IMG/VR virus record: IMGVR_UViG_3300014137_000003
Direction: 5' to 3' (one strand)
Origin: a virus
DNA: 64,000 bases
The notes beneath the pieces are model-generated. The model was not told the DNA's origin and did no database searches. It saw only the letters and a program-made list of their open reading frames with translations. The position numbers and the translations under genes were made by a program. Positions within the stretch are counted from its first letter, which is position 1. Each line of letters opens with the position of its first letter. Shown here one piece after another: positions 8,530-16,358 of the stretch.

Positions 8530-9552
8530 ATGGAAAAGAATAAGCCTAAGAAGAAGGTAGTTGATGTTGTTATTGATTCTTTCTTAAAGCGTGTTCAAGA
8601 GAAGGGTGTTATGCCTTGGCAGGACCCTCATACGTTCGGTATTGCTATCAACTGGGTATCTAAGAAGATGTATCGTGGTCTTAACCGTATGATTCTCCCT
8701 AACGGAGAGTATATGACTAAGAACCAGTTAAACAAGTACAATGAAGAGCACGGTGAAGACTATAAATTCCAAAAGGGTATCGAATGGTTCCCAGTTGTAT
8801 TTTATTCTTTAAAACAGTACAAAATTAAAGCAGAGGATATTAACACTGAACTAGAAGGTAATACTTTGAAGGTTGGTCAAAGTTATGTCAATCTTAAAGG
8901 TAGGAAAATCACTAGAACTAAGACTGGGTATTTCAGCGAGTATATGATTATGAAGTATTCATTGGTTGCTGAAATTCATCACTTTAAGAACTCTAAGGGT
9001 GAGACGTTACCTCGTCGGATTGGTGATACTCTAGATTCTGACTTAATGCTTTCAAAAGAAGAACCCCAAAAGGTTATTGACAGTTATGTTAAACGTTCAG
9101 GCGTTAAATTTGAAGAAATCAACGACGGTATGTCTTATTATAACCCAGTTAGGGATTTAGTGCATGTCAATGAGAGTTATAATTGGGCTAATGCCAAGTA
9201 TTCTGTTACCTTTCATGAATTAGCTCATTCTACTGGTCATGCTACTCGCCTAGACCGTATCGGGGTAACTTCCTCCGATGGATTTGCAGGTGCTAAGTAT
9301 TCAGTAGAAGAGTGTATCGCTGAGATGACTGCAGCTCTCTTGTGTCAGGAGACTGGTATTAGTGATTTCGTTACATCGGGTACTTTAAGTGAAACTAACT
9401 CTTTAGCTTATGTACAGCATTGGTCTAAGGCAATTAAAGACTTTGGTAGCAAGTTCCCTAGTATCTGTCGTCAGGCAGAGCAAGCTTATCTCTACATTCT
9501 TGGAGAAGATGAGGATAGCCAAGTTGGTGGAAGTTCTGTTACAGAAAGATAG
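8530..9552 (+). CDS. ardC: ArdC-family antirestriction protein (N-terminal ssDNA-binding domain + zincin-like metalloprotease domain)
   Basis: N-terminal PW...Y.G.N..L pattern (VMPWQDPH..MYRGLNRMIL). C-terminal FHELAHSTGHATRLDR and YSVEECIAEMTAALLC. GGAGG lies upstream of ATG 8530; the ORF track starts at 8512. Confidence 0.85.
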   Translation: MEKNKPKKKVVDVVIDSFLKRVQEKGVMPWQDPHTFGIAINWVSKKMYRGLNRMILPNGEYMTKNQLNKYNEEHGEDYKFQKGIEWFPVVFYSLKQYKIKAEDINTELEGNTLKVGQSYVNLKGRKITRTKTGYFSEYMIMKYSLVAEIHHFKNSKGETLPRRIGDTLDSDLMLSKEEPQKVIDSYVKRSGVKFEEINDGMSYYNPVRDLVHVNESYNWANAKYSVTFHELAHSTGHATRLDRIGVTSSDGFAGAKYSVEECIAEMTAALLCQETGISDFVTSGTLSETNSLAYVQHWSKAIKDFGSKFPSICRQAEQAYLYILGEDEDSQVGGSSVTER

Positions 9553-9571
9553 AAAGATAAGGTGGAGTAAT

Positions 9572-9901
9572 ATGCAACAATTTGTTTTAATTCGTGTCAC
9601 AAAGAACACTAACGTATATGATGGTCTTTTGAGGGAAGGTGACTTTATTCTCGGACCATCTTCAACTATTAGTGTATTGGTTAATCACTCCAGTTCTTGG
9701 AACTCAAATCAGATGGACTGTAAAGCAGCAACAGTTGAAGAACTTAAAAACTGTCGTGCAGGTCACATAAGGTTCCATCTTTTCGAGAGTGCAAATCTAG
9801 CAGGCTTTAGACGTATCCTAGTAAGCAAGGAGTCTGCTCTTGAGTTTATCAAAAAGTATGGTATTAACTTATCATCGCAAAAGTATTACGAGAAACCCTA
9901 G
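9572..9901 (+). CDS. hypothetical protein (109 aa)
   Basis: ATG 9572 preceded by AAGGTGGAG. The upstream part of track ORF 9410-9901 overlaps ardC in another frame and is probably not translated. Confidence 0.55.
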   Translation: MQQFVLIRVTKNTNVYDGLLREGDFILGPSSTISVLVNHSSSWNSNQMDCKAATVEELKNCRAGHIRFHLFESANLAGFRRILVSKESALEFIKKYGINLSSQKYYEKP

Positions 9902-9954
9902 TTAGGGGTACCTAACTCTGCAATAAATTAGTTAGTTCAGAATTTTGCTTATTT

Positions 9955-9998
9955 TTACCACTATCTAAAGTAGTGGTAAGGAGTAGGCAAAATTTTTT
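9955..9998 (+). terminator. hairpin plus T-run (terminator-like)
   Basis: Perfect 9-bp stem TTACCACTA / TAGTGGTAA with a 7-nt loop, flanked by an outer AATTTTGC / GCAAAATT pairing and TTTTTT. Confidence 0.5.
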
Positions 9999-10136
9999 GG
10001 TAGAATAGTTTGTAATTTTTGTATAATTATTGTAAAATTTATATATATAGTTTAGGTAGCTTGCTAGTTGGTTTAGTTATTTATATAGTAATAATTTTTA
10101 TTAGTCTTACTAATTATATGAGAAAGGAACTTAATA

Positions 10137-10556
10137 ATGAATAGAATTCGTAATTTACAAACAATGTATGCACATGGACCAATGCTCTATGAAACAAATA
10201 AAATCCTATTAAAGCCTAGTTCAAACTGTAAGGTTGTAAAAGTAAAGACTGATAGAGTTTGTGCTGAGTGTGGTTCCGAAGTACCTAAAGGTAGTTCTTG
10301 TTATACCTTAAACCTGAGGGGTATGGGTAGACATTGGGTTTGTTTCTCTTGCATACCAGCCCCAGATGTCGAGGAAACTCGTGAAATTGGAGAGAGACAA
10401 GGTATGGGTACTGATACTCAGTTAGTCTTATTCTCTGAGGATACGGACAGTTGGGGACGGCATAAGCAGTTTGGTGAACTTACCTCTGAGGAGGTAGATG
10501 ATTTCTACGATAACCGTGAAAAAGCTATTTGGGCAAGTATGCCAAACGAGTATTAA
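10137..10556 (+). CDS. hypothetical zinc-ribbon protein (139 aa)
   Basis: CAECG...C...CFSC cysteine pairs and AGGAA upstream of the ATG. Confidence 0.6.
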   Translation: MNRIRNLQTMYAHGPMLYETNKILLKPSSNCKVVKVKTDRVCAECGSEVPKGSSCYTLNLRGMGRHWVCFSCIPAPDVEETREIGERQGMGTDTQLVLFSEDTDSWGRHKQFGELTSEEVDDFYDNREKAIWASMPNEY

Positions 10557-10568
10557 GGAGGTGTAGGT

Positions 10569-11057
10569 TTGTTTTCATTAAAAGATACAGAAACAAATGT
10601 AGAATATACTTTTGAAGACAATGTGGCTTTAAGGGAACAGTATATGTTAGGTTTGTTATTGCCTATTAGGGGTAGAGAGACCTTTAAGGTAGTAGTGCGA
10701 AAGACTTCTTGTTTTGATTATTCTATGGTTAATAAGATACTTAATCGAATCGGTTCTCCAACTAAATACTATAAATACTACAAGTCTGGCGATGTTCACG
10801 TTCTTGAAGGGTTCACTGATGAGAATGAGTATAGACTCTATAAGAAGGAAGAATTACGTCAAAATGTCTTCAATGCCTTCTTTTTTGTAATTGCATTTAT
10901 TGTCATTTACCTATTCCAGAGGTATGTATTTGATATACAAAGTCTTTTGTTAGCTAGTTTCTATTGGTTTCTTGTTTTAGGGTGTGTTATGTTTGTTTTA
11001 TCTTTACTCCCAGATAAACCTAAGAATATTGTCATCTTAGATTGTGATAAGTTATAA
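10569..11057 (+). CDS. membrane protein, paralog A of a tandem pair
   Basis: Shares ALREQYMLGLLLPIRG.E.FKVVVR..YSMV..RIGSP.KYYKYY..VLEGFTDE.EY with ORF 11129. Two C-terminal TM helices. TTG start behind GGAGG. Confidence 0.65.
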   Translation: MFSLKDTETNVEYTFEDNVALREQYMLGLLLPIRGRETFKVVVRKTSCFDYSMVNKILNRIGSPTKYYKYYKSGDVHVLEGFTDENEYRLYKKEELRQNVFNAFFFVIAFIVIYLFQRYVFDIQSLLLASFYWFLVLGCVMFVLSLLPDKPKNIVILDCDKL

Positions 11058-11128
11058 GGGGTATCTCTTTGGAAGAGATAGGATTATTGAAGCAAGCATG
11101 CCAGATGATTATTAAGGAGTAAAGTATT

Positions 11129-11674
11129 ATGATTTCATTTAAGGATTTATTTTGGGAAAAATGGTGTAAGTTTCTAGAAAGGGAGCGTTTAAAGTCTGAG
11201 AAAAGTAAACGTGACTTTGAGGAGACTCTCGCTCTAAGAGAGCAGTATATGCTAGGTCTGTTATTGCCTATTAGGGGTAAAGAGTCCTTTAAAGTAGTAG
11301 TTAGAGACCCTTTCAACTTTGACTATTCTATGGTTAAGGAGTTACTCCATCGTATTGGCTCCCCTGCTAAGTATTACAAATACTATGAGTATGACAGTGT
11401 TTGTGTCCTTGAGGGTTTTACTGACGAGAAAGAGTATAAGTCCTACAAGAGAGCAGAGCTGTATCAACTTGCATCAATGGTATTTTTCTATGTAGTTTTA
11501 TTTATTATTGTCTATATATTCCAAAGGTATGTGTATGGAATATATGGTATTTTTATAGCCAGCCTTTATTTGTCAGTCTCAGCTTATCTTGTTGTAGGAA
11601 TTGGTGTATTTGTTTTATCTTTATTTCCTAGTGAATCAGGGAACAAATCTCTCATAGGGTATGATATATTATGA
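11129..11674 (+). CDS. membrane protein, paralog B of a tandem pair
   Basis: About 85% nucleotide identity to 10569-11057 over the conserved core. AGGAG upstream. Two C-terminal TM helices. Confidence 0.7.
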   Translation: MISFKDLFWEKWCKFLERERLKSEKSKRDFEETLALREQYMLGLLLPIRGKESFKVVVRDPFNFDYSMVKELLHRIGSPAKYYKYYEYDSVCVLEGFTDEKEYKSYKRAELYQLASMVFFYVVLFIIVYIFQRYVYGIYGIFIASLYLSVSAYLVVGIGVFVLSLFPSESGNKSLIGYDIL

Positions 11675-12096
11675 GTCCTCAAGTAATAGAGTTTTTGACT
11701 GCTCTTAAAATGTTCGATGGTTTCGTTGTAACGGAAGACTATAAGGTTTATCATCGTGATAATTTCTTAATGTCTTTCGATTCTGACGGCTCCATCTTTT
11801 TGTCTTATAGGTTATCTTGCGATCAGGCTTATCGTAATTATACTCAACTTATCAGAGACCAGATTAAAACTAATTCACTAGGTAATTTCTCCTTATGTGA
11901 TAGCTATCCTGTCAGTGGTAAGTATATAATGATTTCTGAGATGTATTATGCTAACTTATTGGCTAATTACGAGGGGTATCGCATTGAGTGCAAGGAGTAT
12001 CCTCATGATTTAGCTAGTTTGTCTGCAGCGTTGGATATCTGTCTAGGGGTAAAATGGCAGATAACTTATCAGTTAGTTGAGAGTATTCTTAAGTAA
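11671..12096 (+). CDS. hypothetical protein (141 aa)
   Basis: ATGA overlap with the previous gene. No motif. Confidence 0.6.
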   Translation: MSPQVIEFLTALKMFDGFVVTEDYKVYHRDNFLMSFDSDGSIFLSYRLSCDQAYRNYTQLIRDQIKTNSLGNFSLCDSYPVSGKYIMISEMYYANLLANYEGYRIECKEYPHDLASLSAALDICLGVKWQITYQLVESILK

Positions 12097-12108
12097 GGAG
12101 TTTTAGTT

Positions 12109-12465
12109 ATGGCATTGTATTCTTATATTGTTTGTGAGAAGCGTTATCAAGAGAGTAACTCTCCTATAATTCCTCTAAAGAAAGGCTTACAAAATAACTT
12201 AGGTGTATATTTTAGCTTAGAAACGGCGTATGAACAACTTAAAGGGTATGCTAACAGTCTAAGGATTGAAGAAGTACCACTTATGATTAGGTCTTTAGAG
12301 GAGTTAAGTCAAGAATTTTATGAAAATAAGTATGTTACTAACTTCATTCTTTTAGTTGCTCAAGAGAATCAGGTAAGTTTTGTTCCGTCTGAGCCCAGCA
12401 TTAAAATTTATAATAAGGTAGACTATTATATTCAGGTAATAGTTCCTAATCAAATTATCTATTAG
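12109..12465 (+). CDS. hypothetical protein (118 aa)
   Basis: AAGGAG upstream of ATG 12109. No motif. Confidence 0.6.
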   Translation: MALYSYIVCEKRYQESNSPIIPLKKGLQNNLGVYFSLETAYEQLKGYANSLRIEEVPLMIRSLEELSQEFYENKYVTNFILLVAQENQVSFVPSEPSIKIYNKVDYYIQVIVPNQIIY

Positions 12466-12714
12466 TAGTTACCCTCATCCTATATACTCTGGTATGGTTG
12501 AGGGTATTTCTTTTATATAATGTATCTTTGAGAGATGTTTTGCCTATTGGGGTATTTAAGAGTTGTTCTACTTACAATTAAATAAGGGTACTATTTTTAT
12601 AGCTACCTAGAACTAAGGGTGTGTCCTTTAGTTGTGGGTATCTATAAGATATTTTTGTTACCTGAGGCAATTAACCAACTAACTAAACAACTATCAGGTA
12701 GAAAGATATATAAA

Positions 12715-13758
12715 ATGACTAATTTTATAACTGTAAGCAGTCAAGGTGGTTCATCAAAGACTGTAGTGAATGTAAATTCACTTAATCGTGTTTCTTACCA
12801 CCTTAGTAAGTCAGCTCGTGAAGTAGTTGAATGTTATCTTAACTACGGAGTGTTGGGGTTATTTAAAGGAAATGATTTTTATTCTGTTTTAGACGTTAAT
12901 GGTTCCAATATTAACACTTTAGACTCCATTGATGAAGTAGAGGACAAATTAAATGGAGTAGTAGGTAGTGGTCACGGTATGTTTTATATCCCTAATGCTG
13001 TGTTAAAGTCAAATGAGGAAGTCTTATCTAGACCTTACATGTTAGCTAGTTACATGAGCGAGTTTGCACATTTTGTTTACAAAGATAAGGTATTTCGAGG
13101 ACCAGATAAAGACGTAAGTTTGGCTTGGACAGACGAGATGCTTAATTCGTTAATTTCTCATTATAGAGATTATGCAAAAGAGATACCAGAAGATTTTGTT
13201 TACGAGTTTTCTTGTCCTTTAGATTATTTTCCAACAGATCGTGTTGAATTTATCAAAGGAAAGCCTTGTATAGGTATTCCTTTAAAGATTGCTAAGAATC
13301 TAAAAATTGGAACAGATTTCGGAATATCACTTATAACAGACTTATCTAGCTTTGATTTGAAGTATATAACTGCTAAGAGGTGTGTATCTCCTAGTCGTGT
13401 ATCTGATGAAGGGAAGGGTAGTGTAGTAGGTGTAAGTGATTATAATAGTGTTCTAGTTGACATTTCTTTCCCGTTTAAAGTAATACTAACTGTAGAATTC
13501 CTTATTAAGTATATGGTAATTATTTTAAAGGAAGCTTGTGGAGTAGACTATGCAGAGAAGTTTTTAGATGGTTTGTTCACTGTTCTTTGTGATGTTGAGA
13601 CTGGTGGGCTATTTGATTGTTTGTCTAGCAGTCAGGCAGCGGACTACCTTGAAGTTAAAAACAAGTCTACTGTAAGTGCTGATTCTTATACGGTTAAGGG
13701 CGATTACGCTTATGTACCCCTAAAGGTAAATTTGGGAGGTAGTTATGGCAAACTATAA
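12715..13758 (+). CDS. hypothetical protein (~347 aa)
   Basis: Long ORF whose end overlaps the ParB-like gene by 14 nt. ATG 12715 is preferred over the GTG 12619 of the ORF track, but the start is uncertain. Confidence 0.6.
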   Translation: MTNFITVSSQGGSSKTVVNVNSLNRVSYHLSKSAREVVECYLNYGVLGLFKGNDFYSVLDVNGSNINTLDSIDEVEDKLNGVVGSGHGMFYIPNAVLKSNEEVLSRPYMLASYMSEFAHFVYKDKVFRGPDKDVSLAWTDEMLNSLISHYRDYAKEIPEDFVYEFSCPLDYFPTDRVEFIKGKPCIGIPLKIAKNLKIGTDFGISLITDLSSFDLKYITAKRCVSPSRVSDEGKGSVVGVSDYNSVLVDISFPFKVILTVEFLIKYMVIILKEACGVDYAEKFLDGLFTVLCDVETGGLFDCLSSSQAADYLEVKNKSTVSADSYTVKGDYAYVPLKVNLGGSYGKL

Positions 13759-14539
13759 GTCCTCAACAAACCAAGTAGGGGTATCTGTTATAGGCTCTTT
13801 ATTTTCTACTACAGATTATTCTCTATTTAAGAAAATGAAAGGTAATCGTAGCGTAAGCTCTAACTCCAACCTAGAAGAAGAAATCAAGGAAATGGGACAG
13901 CTTTCTCCCGTTTTGGTAAATAGTCGGTATGAAATTATTGATGGTCAGCATCGTGTAGAAGTGTTAAAGAAACTTAACATGCCAGTTATCTTTATTATTT
14001 CTGACCATATTGTTCCTCGTACTGTAATATCTATTAACTCTACTCAACGTAATTGGAAAGATGAAGATTACCTCAACTTCCATAAAGAGAGGGGCATCGG
14101 TTCTTATATTAGGTTTGCTAAAATCTATAGCCAGTATAAGGATTATGTAGCTCTAACTGTTTTGATTGATATGGTATGCAGTGATAAACAAGTCTTTAAG
14201 CGGGGAGACATGGTAATTAAGGATGAAGTAACTCTACTTGCTAAGTTATCATTCTTGAAAGAGTTTGCTCTTAAAACCGAAGTACATAAGCTTAGGCAGA
14301 CCTTGCAGATTGCTTTACTTCGTTTTATATCTATCGAGGGTATTAGTAAGACACGTCTTATTGACAAGTTTATCGCTTTAGGTATGCCTAGGAAGATGCA
14401 CCTCTTTAGGAACAGGGAACAAGCTTTTGAGGTTTTGGTAGTAGAGGTTTATAACCATAAGCTGAAACCTAGCAGCTCAAATTATATTCCGTACTACTAT
14501 AGTAGTACAAAAACTTTAATTGTTGGTGTTAAGGAGTAG
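13745..14539 (+). CDS. ParB/Srx-fold N-terminal domain protein with DGQHR motif
   Basis: LSPVLVNSRYEIIDGQHRVEVLKKLNMPVIFI matches the ParB-like nuclease/DGQHR signature. GGAGG lies 5 nt upstream. Confidence 0.75.
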   Translation: MANYKSSTNQVGVSVIGSLFSTTDYSLFKKMKGNRSVSSNSNLEEEIKEMGQLSPVLVNSRYEIIDGQHRVEVLKKLNMPVIFIISDHIVPRTVISINSTQRNWKDEDYLNFHKERGIGSYIRFAKIYSQYKDYVALTVLIDMVCSDKQVFKRGDMVIKDEVTLLAKLSFLKEFALKTEVHKLRQTLQIALLRFISIEGISKTRLIDKFIALGMPRKMHLFRNREQAFEVLVVEVYNHKLKPSSSNYIPYYYSSTKTLIVGVKE

Positions 14540-14570
14540 AACCAAACTATCTTAAGGATAGTAAATAAAG

Positions 14571-14602
14571 AAATAGCTTGTCTAAGTAGACTGGCTATTT
14601 TT
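14571..14602 (+). terminator. rho-independent terminator
   Basis: AAATAGC-tt-GTCTA-ag-TAGAC-tg-GCTATTT interrupted hairpin followed by Ts. Confidence 0.55.
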
Positions 14603-14650
14603 ATATAGCTTTGCTAAAATAGTATTATAAAAATTAAAGGTTTAAAATTT

Positions 14651-15046
14651 ATGGAAAATAGTACACTACAAAACTATCTAAAGGAAGGTCGCATTACTGC
14701 TCTTGAGCGAGGTTTGTGCTTAGAAGAATCTCTAGGGTTTGCTGATGGGCATTTTGAGTTTAGTGAGTTAGATTGGTCTGATGAACCTAATGGTCAAACT
14801 GCCTTAGAACAATATCGTAAGTTCGTAGGGATTGCTTGGTCTTATTCATCCCTAGTAGGGGTAGTTTTTAAGGAAAAACAATCCGTTACACATACTACAA
14901 CTATTGTATTCTATAATGATTTTTACCGAGTTCAGGTAGAATCTTTCGATATGGAAGAAGAATCAAAACACAACAACTCAGGGGTATTCAAGGAGTATGT
15001 TGATGCTCTTACGTTTGCTTATAGTGTAGTAAAAGGAGAAGATTAG
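14651..15046 (+). CDS. small paralog family member 1 (131 aa)
   Basis: Shares the family pattern (N-terminal LQ..L.G, central W/F.EF, I.FY...Y.VQV, C-terminal Y..AL.Y/F) with the next three ORFs and with 23318-23695. Confidence 0.65.
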   Translation: MENSTLQNYLKEGRITALERGLCLEESLGFADGHFEFSELDWSDEPNGQTALEQYRKFVGIAWSYSSLVGVVFKEKQSVTHTTTIVFYNDFYRVQVESFDMEEESKHNNSGVFKEYVDALTFAYSVVKGED

Positions 15047-15047
15047 T

Positions 15048-15437
15048 ATGGAACAGTTTAAAAATAGTCCTATAAAGGCTCATTTACATGGTCAACAAAA
15101 GCAGTGGTTGTCTGGTCTTGAAGTCAAATTACAGTTGGGTATAAGTCAAGGATTTTATTTTGCTAAATATTTCCAAAAGTATGTGCAATGGAAGTCTGAA
15201 GAAGATTTCGATAAATTCTTATCTTATTGTAAGACTGCTCCAGTTGTTTGCAGTACTCTAGATATGTCAGAAGTTTCCTACCGTATTGGGATTGTATTCT
15301 ATGGGGGAGACTACTTTGTTTACCTAAGAAAGATTGCTCAAGGAGGGAATATCACTAAATACACCCTCTCAACTAAGACTTATGGAGAGGCTCTTGAGTG
15401 GCTGAACGAGATGATTTTTAATCAAGGGGAAGATTAG
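15048..15437 (+). CDS. small paralog family member 2 (129 aa)
   Basis: Starts 1 nt after the previous stop (TAGTATG). Carries IGIVFYGGDYFVYL and YGEALEWL. Confidence 0.65.
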   Translation: MEQFKNSPIKAHLHGQQKQWLSGLEVKLQLGISQGFYFAKYFQKYVQWKSEEDFDKFLSYCKTAPVVCSTLDMSEVSYRIGIVFYGGDYFVYLRKIAQGGNITKYTLSTKTYGEALEWLNEMIFNQGED

Positions 15438-15438
15438 T

Positions 15439-15828
15439 ATGGAACAAGAAATCAAAGTATGTTCTCTTCAACAACACTTGGATAGAGGGCGTATTCCATT
15501 TTACGAAGATGCTCTAAATCTTAAGGCAACCATAGGTTTTCCTTATGAAGAGTTTGAACGTTTAACTTATATGAGCGATTTCCGATATTTGGATTACAAC
15601 GAGTTTGTTGAGTATGGAAGAGAAGCAGCCACTGTTAGTGGCGAATATTATAATAAGGAAAGAGAGATAGACTTTGACATTACTATCATTCTTTATGATG
15701 ATATGTACTTTACGCAAGTAGGGGAGAACGGAAAAGAAGATACTTACCAGTGGTGTAGCTCATTTCAAAATTACCTCTCTGCTTTAGAGTACTTGTATGG
15801 AGTGGCTGTTAAGGGGTATATAGTATGA
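15439..15828 (+). CDS. small paralog family member 3 (129 aa)
   Basis: Starts 1 nt after the previous stop. Carries SLQQHL, LNLKATIGFPY, ITIILYDDMYFTQV and YLSALEYLY. Confidence 0.7.
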   Translation: MEQEIKVCSLQQHLDRGRIPFYEDALNLKATIGFPYEEFERLTYMSDFRYLDYNEFVEYGREAATVSGEYYNKEREIDFDITIILYDDMYFTQVGENGKEDTYQWCSSFQNYLSALEYLYGVAVKGYIV

Positions 15829-16205
15829 ACCAAGAAAATAATGTAAGTTCTTTGCAAGAACATTTGAAGGGTGCTGATATTTCTGTTTGGGAGACTGCCT
15901 TAAATCTTAAAGCAACCAAAGGTTTTCCTTACTTTGACTATAGGTACTCGAAATTTGATTGGGAGTACGAGATAGACTATAATAACTTTATTGACTTTGG
16001 TCGTACAGCTAACTCCCTCGGAGGTAGTTATTATGATAGTCGTAAAGGTGTTAGGTACGATACTACTATTATGCTATATAATGGCAAGTATTATGTACAG
16101 GTTGATAAAAAGGAGGATGGGGGTTGCACTGAGTTCTATTATGATCATTATTCAGACTATCGAACAGCTTTGAATTATGCTTATAGAATAGTATTTAACG
16201 ATTAG
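15825..16205 (+). CDS. small paralog family member 4 (126 aa)
   Basis: ATGA overlap with the previous gene. Carries SLQEHL, LNLKATKGFPY, TTIMLYNGKYYVQV and YRTALNYAY. Confidence 0.7.
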   Translation: MNQENNVSSLQEHLKGADISVWETALNLKATKGFPYFDYRYSKFDWEYEIDYNNFIDFGRTANSLGGSYYDSRKGVRYDTTIMLYNGKYYVQVDKKEDGGCTEFYYDHYSDYRTALNYAYRIVFND

Positions 16206-16224
16206 TGGAATATAAGCAACAAAG

Positions 16225-16250
16225 AAAGTCCCTTAAAGGGGCTTTTATTT
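16225..16250 (+). terminator. rho-independent terminator (first copy of a repeated hairpin)
   Basis: AAAGTCCC-ttaaa-GGGGCTTT stem (one G-U pair) followed by a T-run. A near-identical hairpin lies at 21681-21710. Confidence 0.65.
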
Positions 16251-16265
16251 ATTTTGTGAATAGGG

Positions 16266-16271
16266 TATAAT
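16266..16271 (+). promoter_or_regulatory. candidate -10 box (TATAAT) without a clear -35
   Basis: GGGTATAAT lies 16 nt after the terminator and ~90 nt upstream of the helicase gene. Confidence 0.3.
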
Positions 16272-16358
16272 AAAATAGAAATATTTATTTTTTGCTTATG
16301 GGGGTATCTTCCTTACCCCTAGTAGTAAACTTTATAAAAGAAAGGCTAACTGTATAGA

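Noticed and set aside
9410-9571. N-terminal extension of track ORF 9410-9901
   Set aside because: It overlaps the 3' end of ardC in another frame. A good RBS (AAGGTGGAG) precedes the internal ATG at 9572, so I annotate only 9572-9901.
13745-14539. DGQHR motif as evidence for a Dnd (phosphorothioation) system
   Set aside because: No dndA/C/D/E or dptFGH-like genes are in the window. The motif is shared by many ParB/Srx-fold proteins of phages and plasmids.
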